DNA of 64,000 bases, taken from assembly GCF_006345805.1 (NCBI RefSeq), contig NC_043011.1:32376464-32440463 (forward strand), given 5' to 3'. The DNA is from Octopus sinensis. Its lineage: Eukaryota. Shown piece after piece: positions 52,689-64,000 of this stretch. The notes under the pieces were generated by a model. That model saw only the letters and a list, made by a program, of their open reading frames with translations, had not been told where the DNA came from and ran no database searches. The translations under genes were made by a program, and so were the position numbers. The stretch's first letter is position 1, and the number at the start of each line of letters is the position of its first letter.

Positions 52689-52719
<31 letters not shown>

Positions 52720-52864
52720 ATCTATAAATTCATATTGATATATATATATATATATATGACACATATAAATACATACTATACTTGTATGTACGTGTATGTA
52801 TTACGTATGTCTGTATATATATGTATTGTATATATAATATATATATATTATATATACATATATA

Positions 52865-52921
<57 letters not shown>

Positions 52922-52934
52922 ATATCTATATCTA

Positions 52935-52973
<39 letters not shown>

Positions 52974-53001
52974 ATGTGGTGTTTGTGGTGTGTACTTTAC
53001 A

Positions 53002-53042
<41 letters not shown>

Positions 53043-53404
53043 ATATATACTAATACATACATAAATATACATATATGTGTATATAAATGTATATATATGT
53101 ATGCACATTGTATATATATTTTAAACACACTCACATAAATACATCCGCACGCTCGCGCGAGCGCATGCACACGCGCACGAGCGCATGCACACGCGCACAC
53201 ACACATACACACTTAAATAGGTAAATAACCAGCATTTCAACCTATGTTCAATTAATCTCCCCTTCCCTCCTCCATTACATTTTTTTTTTCATGTAGAATA
53301 TTTTGGAGAATAAGAATGGACGTCGAGTTTCTGCCAAAAAGTTACTGGAATTATTATTACAAGTCGGAAGTGTGTTTTTTTTATCATTATTATCATCAGC
53401 ATGA

Positions 53405-53469
53405 ATAACAACAACAACACAACAACAACAATAATAATAATAATAATTAATAATAATAATGATGATGAT

Positions 53470-53506
<37 letters not shown>

Positions 53507-53655
53507 AACAACAACAACAACAACAATGATGATGATGATAATTTTTATCACCGTCATCTTTGCGGTTTTGTGGATGCTGGTATTGTTATTATTATCATTA
53601 TTATTATTATTATTATTATTATTAGATATTATTATTATTATTATTTTTATTTTTA

Positions 53656-53687
<32 letters not shown>

Positions 53688-53730
53688 GTTGTTGTTGTTG
53701 TTGTTGTTGTTGTTATTATTATTATTATTA
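53405..53730. repeat. Compound trinucleotide repeats (AAC, AAT, GAT, TAT, TGT)
   Basis: Seen directly. Confidence 0.9.
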
Positions 53731-55063
53731 AGTGGTCATCTGATCCCTAGCATCAGTGGCGAAGAAATTTGCCATTTTGTCGTTCGACTGGAATGTTGTG
53801 TGAAGGTTGGATGTCACACAACTTCTCTATGTAATTTCGTCACCTTTTTTTTTTCTTCGTTTTTCTTACATCATACATGCTATCGTATTTGTCTCATGAA
53901 AGACTTAGCATATAAAAATACCAGAGACTGCCAACGACAAACGAAGACATAAATGCGAAACGAAATTGATATATGTTTTTGTTTGTTTTTGATGTACCAA
54001 ACTGTGTTTGGTTTGTCTTCAAATGAGATATTTCCTGGTTGTTCAAACCTTCCTTGACCGATGAAAGCTACGAAAGCAAGCGTTGACTAGAAAGTAGATA
54101 TTTCCTGGAAAGCAATGCGGAAAATTGCGAGTCGATGTCACAATTCTTTCTTGGTCCAATATAAAAAGAAATGATAAACTGGAATCCCAGTCCAAATGGG
54201 AGAATCGCCAAAATTTTTCCGGCTAAAACTAGATTTTTAAGGTTGCCAAAATGTAAGAAGCTGAAATCGCGATGGTATGTAATATGTCCGGATGTTACGC
54301 ATAAGACCTCAAAGAAACAAGACTTCTTTACAGATTTGTTCACAAGAAGTGTTATGTATATGTGATTCCGAGTTGGTTATTTTTAGTAAAAACACAAATT
54401 GCTTCTCTCTCAGTGTCAACGTAGCTGAGATATCCAAAGAAGATTTTAAAAGTCCAAACACAAACAGAATGCACTCGATCCAAAGATTAAAAGAATGTAA
54501 TTATAGAATATTGCATACTTGACGAGCGGTTCAGTGGAAAAATTCAGACTTTTCTGTCTTTGGACAAAATGATAAAGAGAAAAAGGTAAAAAAAAAAAAA
54601 AATGTCGAAGAAGATGGAAACAAATAAAAACCCTGGAAACATTAAGACAAAATACAAAATAAGCCTAAACTATTTGTTTTCTATTTATCGTTTGTGTGCG
54701 TGTGTGTGTGCCTTATGTCTTCATGTCTTAAAGAATTCTAAACAAATACGAAATTTAAGTCTTCTTTTTTTCTATAATTTCTGAAATACGATAATGGCGT
54801 AAAAGAAATACTACCGAACAAAATGGCTGACATTGTAAAAAAACAACAACAACAACAACAACAACAAATCAACAGCAACAAAAAAACAAATGAAAACACA
54901 CATTCACACATGCGCAACACCGTGCATATTCGTGTATCTGTTAGTATCTGAGTATACACACGCGCGCATATATGCATACACACACAAGCACACGTAAACG
55001 CATGCTTGTGTGTATGTATTTATGAATGTATATATATATATATTGTATGCATATATCTTTCAT

Positions 55064-55102
<39 letters not shown>

Positions 55103-55174
55103 ACGCATAAATATACATCCCTATATATATATGTATAAGTATATGCATTAATATACACCGCCATATATATATAC

Positions 55175-55206
<32 letters not shown>

Positions 55207-56642
55207 GGATGTGAGTGTGTGTGTGTGTGTGTAGCATAGGAAGTTTAGAAACTTCGAGAGATATTTAATGAATCGTTTTTAATGGTGGAACTCGAAGAAG
55301 ATAAAGCTATGAAAAATAGCTTTATCTCTGTAGAATATTTTGGGTTAAAAGAAATTCCTTTGCATGTAAAAAAAAAAGTTGAACGTTGTCCCCACGGGCT
55401 TTATCTACTTTGAGTTACACTGTTAAGAACCACACACACACACACACACGCACACACACACACACACACACGCACATACATACATACACACATACATGCA
55501 TACACACACATATACTCACATATATACACACATACGCACAATAGCATTTCAAATGACTCTCCATTGCCTTGACAGCTCCTACCATATTTCATTACAAAAT
55601 AATTTTCTAACACAGTATTCGTTTCACTCCAGATCAGCCCTAGTTAAGCAGACCTAGCATCAGAAGTATTCCATCCGTGACCATCTTGTCTGCTATCTCA
55701 TCTTTTTTTGGTGTAAGACTACATCATCTGTGTAAAAGCGCGTGGCTTTGTGGTTAGGGCATGTGTCTGTCTTTGTCCTCCTGCCAACTCTTGACAGCCG
55801 ATGTTGGTGTGTTTGCGTCCCTGTGGCTTAACGGTTTGGCAATAGAATAAGTACTAGGCTTACTTTGTGGTCTTGAGCAAGACACTTTATTTCATGTTGC
55901 TTCCGTCCACACAACTGGCAAAAATGAGTTGTACCTGTATTTCAAAGGGCCAGCCATGTCACTTTCTGTGTCATGCTGAATCTCTTTGAGAGCTATGTTA
56001 AGGGTATGCATGTTTGTGGAGTGCTCAACCACTTGCAAATTAATTTCTCGAGCAGGCTGTTTCGTTGACCGGATCAACTAGAACCCTCGTCGTCGTAATC
56101 GACGGAGTGCCAATGAATATTTATTATCTAATGTGCCCTTTCCTTATTTAAGAGAGCAGTTTCTAATATGAGGGAGATTTAGGTGCTGTTTCTTGCTAGT
56201 TGAGCAACCATTTATAGGATCCCTCGTTCGTCCGTCCTCATCAAATTGTATTCAGTGTATATTGGAAAAAGAAAGTATTGAACTCCCCGCTATCCGTAGG
56301 TTGTGTGTTAAAATTCACTGCAAATGTTTCATGGTTTTTTTTTGTTTTCGTTTTTTTTGGTGAGGGGGTAGGGGGTAACAGGTAAAATGGAAATGGACGA
56401 AAAATCTACCAGAGATGGACCTGGTGTCGTATTCCAGAGAAAACAGATTCGCATCTTAGATACTTTAATGCTACAGACACTGTGCTGAATTAATGACTTG
56501 AATGGTCCCTCCACCACCCATTGTACTCAATATATGGGAAAAGGTTAACTTTTAATGTTTCGAACGATGAATATATTCATCAGCGTGGTCACTGAGTTGC
56601 ACCTTGGGTAAATGTCTTCTACTATAGCCTCAGGCTATATAC

Positions 56643-56675
<33 letters not shown>

Positions 56676-56716
56676 ATATCTATATATATATATAATATAT
56701 ATATACATACACATTC

Positions 56717-57039
56717 TTAAAGACTCCGCCGGTTACGACGAAGAGGGTCCCAGCTGATACGATCAACGGAACAGCTTGCTCGTGAAATTAACGTGCAAAT
56801 GGCTGAGCATTCCACAGACCGTGTACCCTTAACGTAGTTCTCGGGGATAATCAGCGTGACACAGAGAGTGACAAGGCTGACCCTTTGAAATACAAGTACA
56901 ACTCATTTTTGCCAGCTGAGTGGACTGGAGCAACGTGAAATAAAGTGTCTTGCTCAAGGACACAACGCGTCGCCGGGAATCGAACTCACAACCTTACGAT
57001 CATGAGCCGAATGCCCTAACCACTAAGCCACGCGCCCTC
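56717..57039 (-). mobile_element. SINE family C copy
   Basis: Near-identical to 40054-40378. Confidence 0.9.
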
Positions 57040-57143
57040 ATACATACACATATAATACACACACAACACACCACACACACCATATTATTTATATATATTT
57101 TATATATATATATATTATATATATATATATATATATAATATAT

Positions 57144-57192
<49 letters not shown>

Positions 57193-57235
57193 ATATACAC
57201 ATATATATATATATATATATATTATATACATATAC

Positions 57236-58800
57236 TAGCAGAGTTACCCACGGCGTTGCCCGAGTTACATACAATTGAAGAATTAGACTTTTCTGTTATA
57301 TTTTCTGTAATGAACTGGAATACCTATGTTTCGAATTTCAGCAAGATTGCAGATGAGGGTTATTTCCCTCTTTACACAGCAAAACAAAATTGTAATCGTG
57401 CCATATGTTTCCCATACTATTGATTTTTATGCGCGTATTCCAAAATTCCAGTCTTACTGAACATATTAAAAGGATTTTGCTCCTGAAAAATGGAGGTCAT
57501 GGAGCTCTAAAATGTGAGAGTTAACGCCCCTATTGGGGGTAGGCATCTTAATGTCAACCAGAGAATTTGAATTGTTGAGAATCTTTTTTACTTGGGTCTT
57601 ATATCTATTGTTTGAATTTCTTTGAAATAGGAAATATATGTTCACTGGGTTAGTAAAAGAGAGCAAAGCTACAGGAAGCCAAAAGACGAATGATCACAAT
57701 AAGCAGTCAGCTACAGTACCCTAGTCGTTACCGCTCCCAATGTAGTATTCCTCACCATCAAGGTGACAGGCACAGCCGTAAGATGCATTACGAATCTATA
57801 GCAATTGGAAGGGCGTGACCCAACGGAAATCAACATTAACAACTGTGTGACGTGAGGGCTAAGGAGAAATGAAAGTTGGAGTTTGCAAATGACCACTATA
57901 CTGATACGTAACTGGACAGAATAAATATACAATCTAAAAATGTCTTTGAATAACCAGTTACTCATCTGGGAAGGCCTTGAAATCAATGTTACCATGTGGT
58001 GACTATGTGTGACCCAGTGATAATAAAAAGACTGAAAGGAGATCTGCAATCAAATAACTTTACTCAACACTTTGCAACTGAATCAGTGGAGGCAAAGATG
58101 CCTCTCATTTACTTGACAATTTATGCAGCACATTGCAGAAATCACAATCTAAGTGTATGTCAAAGCAAACTGTTACAGTGTTGTACCATTGAATTACAAA
58201 TAATGCTCATCTTCTATGCTCGGATGACCCCACAGCTTCCAAGAGGACAACTATTCGTCTTTGCTTAGATAAAATGACAAAATTGTGGGTGTTAAGTCCC
58301 CATGAAGTGGTCTTTCTAACTTGTAAGAAGATGAAATTTTATAAATATTACTTCATTTGTATCTAATATCTATGGTTAAAATTTCATCAACAACAAATAT
58401 ATATGAATTGTCATGGGGGTTGTGGCCCTTATGCATAGAATATAATTTCCAAATTTCGTAAAGAACCATTCAGTACTTTTGACTTAGTTTTGGATCATAA
58501 AAGAAATGACTAAAATTTGTGAGTTAAGGCCCCCATTAGGGTGTCTTAGAATCCTCATGTGAAGTGGAAACTTTGAGAATACTTCTTGATGTGTGTCAAT
58601 TACCCATGGTTGAAATTTCATCAACATCGAAAATTTATGAATTTTCATGGGGGTTCTGTCCCCTTTAATCCTTCTGAAATTCAAACCAAACATATTGCAT
58701 TATACCCGCCCTTATGCATTGAAACTAAGTTTCAAATATCATAGGGATCCATTCAGTAATTTTGGTTCATGAAATTGTATGAAACACACAGCATTACCCT
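57236..58800 (-). mobile_element. Helitron-terminated element with non-helicase cargo (5' boundary uncertain)
   Basis: 57236-57300 is the reverse complement of the Helitron 3' end at 35815-35873 (hairpin plus CTAG). Confidence 0.55.
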
Positions 58801-59984
58801 TCTCCCTAGGATTCGATTTTGTGTTAAAAGTTATGCTCACTTTTGCACCCTTGTAATGTGTGTGTGTCATTTTAAAATTATAAGGCCAAATCCCACTGGA
58901 TCGACGTTGCCTTACAGTTTTTCGACGTCTGCATGGCTGTAGCGTAAATACCAGTGAAATACTGCAGTCGATTTAACCGATTATACACCTTGTCCAATAC
59001 TGGTTTCAAATTTCGATACAAAGCTAGCAATTCTGGGGGAGAGAGCGTAAGTCAATTTCATCAACTCCAGTGCGCAACTGGTACTTATTTTATCGACCCC
59101 GAAAGGTTGAAAAACAAAGTCGGCCCCGGCAGAATTTGAACTCAAAACGTCGTCAAGACAGGCGAAATGCCTCGAAACGTTTTGCCCAAACCCTCGTGAT
59201 AAAATTATTTCTTAGAGATTTTCTAATGATAATTTAACTTTAGTATGTAATTATTTAGAGAATCTAACAAACTAAAGCCGAATAATACATACATAAATAT
59301 AAATATTAAATATAAATAAATATTAATTAAACAGGTAAAATTCTATATGGTGGTGATTGTCTGGTAATTTTATAATACAATGTTGTAGTATATTAATTGC
59401 ATAGTAATAACTTAGAATTAATTTAAAGGAAAGAAAAATGAGATTCCACTGAGAGACGAAACCTCACACTTACCAATTTTAATCCTTGATGCCATTGATT
59501 CTGTGTTTTCCCCTTAATTTCAAAATATATCATACGCTCAGTCTTCATTCGATTTTTAAAATCGTCAACAAATTTAAATTTAATTTAAATATATGTTAAT
59601 TTACATCGAATTAATTAGCTTATAAATTCGATGGTACGTCACGTAATCTTTCCTCGTAGACTAATTATATATGTTAGAGAATAAATTATTCTGAGAAATA
59701 AATTAGTTTTCTATTTTACTAGCAGCTGTGCCACACGTTTCGTAACAGCGAAAACAAACGGTATATTCGCTATGTTTTAACTAAATTGATTTAAGAAGAT
59801 GCTGACAATTTTCTGTTAGGTTGCATCGAAGGGATTCAGTAGATAGTTTAAGTTGAGCTACATTTTAATATGCAAGCAAATAAACAAATATAAGATCTAA
59901 AATAATCTTTAATTCTTCTTTGTTTTTCTTTTATTTCATTTTCGGGCAAAAAAAAAGTACTTTTTAATTTCCGAAAAACCGTAG

Positions 59985-60658
59985 GCATCACTGGGTGATA
60001 AGAAGTTTGCTGCCTAACCACATAGTTCCGGGTTCAGTTCCAATGTGTGGTACCTTAGGCAAGTGTCTTCTACTATAGCTGACCAAAGTCTTCTGAATGG
60101 ATTTGGTAGAGAGAAACTGAAAGAAGCCCATCGTATATATGTGTGTGTGTGTGTGTTTATCCCCCAACACCGATTGACAACAGGTGTTAACGTCTCCCTA
60201 ACTAAGCGATTCGGCAAAAAAGACCGATAGAATTAGTACAAAGTTTAGAAAGAAAGCAAGTACTGAGGTCGATTAGTTCAACTAAAATTCTTCAAGGCGA
60301 TGCCCCAGCATGGCCGCAGTTTAATGACTGTAACCAGAAAAAGATAAAAGATTAACTGATGCTTTATTTAGTGGCATAACGGTGAGCATGCTTGCTTTTC
60401 AAAATATCCGATAAGGGTTCGATACCTAGTTGACACTTTGTATTTTTTTTTTTTTTTTGCTTTTTGGTGCATAGCTGTGTAGTTAAGAAGCTCGCTTTGC
60501 AGTTTACGTGGTTTCGGTTTCAGTCCTTCTTTGCGGCACCTTGGGCAAGTGTTTTCTAAAAGTCGCGCTCTGACCAATGCTTTCTGAATGGATTTGAATT
60601 TGGTAGACGGAAACTGTGTGGAAGCCCGTTATGTATACAACTATATGTATATATGTGT

Positions 60659-60705
<47 letters not shown>

Positions 60706-61350
60706 TGCGTGTTTGTGTTTGTTCCCGCCACGGCTTGATAACCGGTGTTGGTTTGCTTACACCTTCGTAACTTAGGAGTTCAACAAAATTTGCTCGACTA
60801 CCACTTCAAGGCTGTGCCCCAGCTTGGTCGTAGTTCAATGACTGAAACAAGTAAAATAAAGATAAAAAAAGAGGTACTAACTTACTTAGAAAATGAAATA
60901 TTCTACCAATCACTAAATTTTTCCTATGTTCTAATGCATTATTTGGCGGTTTACAATATTGTGTTTTTTTAGTTTTTCTATGAATATAGGCGCAGGAGTG
61001 GACTGTGTGGTAAGTAGCTTGCTTACCAACAATATGGTTCCGGGTTCAGTTCCACAGCGTGGTACCTTGGGCAAGTGTCTTCTACTATAGCCTCGGACCG
61101 ATCAAAGCCTTGTGAGTGGATATGGTAGACGGAAACTGAAAGAAGCCCGTCGTATATATGTATGTATATGCTTGTCTGTGTTTGTCCTCCCCACCATTGC
61201 TTGACAACTGATGGTGGTGTGTTTACGTCCCCGTAACTTAGCAGTTCTGCAAAAAGATGCCGATAGAATAAGTCCTAGAGTCGATTTGCTCGAGTAATGG
61301 CCGTTGCTCCAGCATGGCCGCAGTCAAATGACTGAAACAAATAAAGATAG
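59985..61350 (+). mobile_element. Cluster of three SINE family A copies
   Basis: Starts near 59985, 60470 and 60988. Confidence 0.85.
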
Positions 61351-61442
61351 AAAGTACCAGAATAATGTCCTTCGCCTCGCAAAATGGCGCCTCTCTGCAA
61401 CATTTCAGCTGCAAATGAATAAAACTGTAGCCCGCAACATGG

Positions 61443-61499
<57 letters not shown>

Positions 61500-62143
61500 A
61501 CAAACACACACACACACAAGCACACACATACATACACAAACACACACACTCAAACACACATACACAAACACACACACACAAACACACGCATACACACAAA
61601 ACATACACACACACAGACACACACACAAACACACACACACACAAAAACACACACATACAAACACACACACAAAAACACACACAAAGGCAGACATACATAC
61701 ATACATATATGTTTTTGTGTGTGTGTTTGTATGTGTGTGTTTTTGTGTGTGTATGTTTCTGTGTGTGTGTTTTTGTATGTGTGTGTTTCTGTGTGTATGT
61801 GTGTATTTGATATATATATATTAAAAATTAAATATAATCATAATAAGGGATTGGCTATAAGCCTCTCCACGAGTTAGTTAATCCCTTATAGTTAATCCCT
61901 TGTTATAATTATGTATATAATTATTAAAATATTTATAAAATTTACCTATAAGGTTTTTGTTTCCGCGCTGACCCCTTGATAAAATCATTAATGTTTTTTA
62001 CCCTTTATTATATATATATATATATACATACTCTTACTATTTTACTCGTTTCAGCCATGCGGCTGCGGTCATGCTGCAGCACAGTATATATATATATATG
62101 TATAATGTAGTATACATATATAAATATATATATATATAATATG

Positions 62144-62180
<37 letters not shown>

Positions 62181-62434
62181 GTATAATCGATAAAAAGAGT
62201 ACGATGAACTTGCCGTTGTAAGCAGGAAAGTTGAAAGGTGATAAATTAATGAGAGACAGCAGAATTTTACATCCTCTGACTTAAAGAAAGCTAGTTGTAC
62301 CTGAGTGTGCGCTCGCTCGCACGTGTGTATACGTAACGACTTTAATAATTTATAATATCTATTTTCAGTTTTTATATTTCTAGCACTATGGTATCTAAAT
62401 AGAGACAAAGGAACATATAATATCGATTTCAAAT

Positions 62435-63250
62435 TTTGGTACAAGGCCAGAAATTTCGGGGCAGCGGGTTAGTAGATTACATCAACCCCAGGGTTTAACT
62501 GGTACTTATTTTATCGACTCCGAAAGGATGAAAAGCGAAGTCGTCCTCGGCGGGATTCGAACTCAGAATGTAAAGGCGAACGAAATGCTGGTATGAATTT
62601 TGTTTGGCGTGCCAACGATTCTGCCAGCTCGTCGCCTTGCAGGACCGTATATTATTTTCTGTTCTAGGCACAAGGCCCGAAATTTTGGGGAGGAGCCCAG
62701 TCAATTAGATCGACCCCAGTACGCAATTGGTACTTAATTTATCGACTCCGAAAAGTTGAAAGGCAAAGTCGACCTTGGTGGAATTTGAACTCAGAATATA
62801 AAGAAAGACGAAATACCGCTAAGCATTTCGCCCGGCGTGCTGACGTTTCTTATTTCTTTATTGCCTACAAGAGGCTAAACATAGAGGAGACAAACGAATT
62901 AAATCGATTACATCGACCCCAGTGCATAACTGGTACTTAATTTATCGACCCCGAAAGGATGAAAGGCAAAGTCGACCTCAGCGGAATTTGAACTCACGAC
63001 GTAACGGCGGACGAAATACCTGTTTCTTTACTACCCACAAGGGGCTAAACACAGGGAGGACAAACAAGGACAGACAAACGGATTAAATCGATTATATCGA
63101 CCCCAGTGCGTAACTGGTACTTATTTAATCGACACCAAAAGGATGAAAGGCAAAATCGACCTCGGCGGAATTTGAACTCAGAACGTAGCAGCAGACTAAA
63201 TACCGCTAAGCATTTTGCCCGGCGTGCTAACGGTTCTGCCAGCTCGCCAC
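62435..63250 (-). mobile_element. Tandem/nested array of SINE family D copies
   Basis: atcgaccccgaaaggatgaaaggcaaagtcgacc recurs four times at ~180-230 nt spacing. Confidence 0.85.
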
Positions 63251-63467
63251 CTGAAGGAGCGTATAATATTGGGAAAGGTGTGAGTTCAAACTCTACCGAG
63301 GTCGACTTTGCCTTTCAACCTTCCAGGGTCGATAAAATAAGTATCAGTTGAGTACTGGGGTCGATGTAATCGACTTACCCTCTTCCCCAGAATTGCTGGT
63401 CTGGTACCAAAGTTTGAAGCCAATATTGAGCAAGGTGTATAGTCGGTTAAATCGACTCCAGTATTTC

Positions 63468-63667
63468 AGGCGAGCTGGCAGAATCGTTAGCACGCCAGGC
63501 GAAATGCGTAGCCGTATTTCGTCGAGGTGGACTTTGCCTTTCATCCTTTCGGGGTCGATAAATTAAGTACCAGTTACGCAGTGGGTTCGATGTAATCGAC
63601 TTAATACCTATGTCTGTCCTTGTTTGTCCCCTCTGTGTTTAGCCCCTTGTGGGTAATAAAGAAATAG
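63468..63667 (+). mobile_element. SINE family D copy
   Basis: Same as 27443-27678, opposite strand. Confidence 0.85.
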
Positions 63668-64000
63668 CTACAGATATACAGACGTTGAAAAACTGTAAGG
63701 CAACGTCGATCCAGTGGGATTTGGCCTTAGAATTTTAAAATGACACACGCACACACACACACACACAGACACACACACACACACGATGGGCTTCTTTCAG
63801 TTTTCATCTACCAAACCCATTCAGAAGGCTTTTGTCGGCACGAGGTTATAGTAGAAGATACTTGCCCAAGGTGGGACTGAATCTGGAGTCATGTGGTTGG
63901 GAAGCAAATTTCTAGTTTGTTTCTCTATTAAGCACAAAAATGGCCGCTGGATTTTCGGAGAGGAGCAAATGGATTATTATGGAATTCATATCTGATCCCA

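Noticed and set aside
53778-53825. miR-1-like start (TGGAATGT) in a hairpin
   Set aside because: The stem is only about 12 bp, too short for a pre-miRNA, and the rest does not match miR-1.
62435-63250. Regularly spaced repeats resembling a CRISPR array
   Set aside because: Eukaryotic tandem SINE copies; spacers are homologous and there are no cas genes.

Overview
Eukaryotic, AT-rich, very repeat-dense DNA. The SINE families, microsatellite load and transposon mix point to an octopus (coleoid cephalopod) genome; this is an inference from recalled repeat families. Almost all ORFs in the supplied track are microsatellite or SINE artefacts. Host-gene signal is limited to a candidate 33-nt microexon (5470-5502) and a terminal coding exon with 3' UTR and poly(A) signal (13268-~13705), both on +. 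The rest is TE debris: four tRNA-derived SINE families, CR1, RTE and REL-endonuclease LINE ends, a gag-like ORF, Tc1, mariner and rosa-type transposase relics, hAT, piggyBac, pogo-like and Merlin-like MITEs, Helitrons and Penelope-like (PLE) remnants. The most striking signal is a set of hammerhead ribozyme (HHR) motifs in short PLE-like remnants, mostly in or near (TA)n tracts. It includes canonical type I HHRs, a three-copy family with a swapped G3-C8 core pair, a back-to-back double HHR, and two families whose three HHR strands occur in a non-circularly permuted order. Two of the permuted copies lie sense-oriented in the last intron of the host gene. All folds were done by eye and none has been tested.
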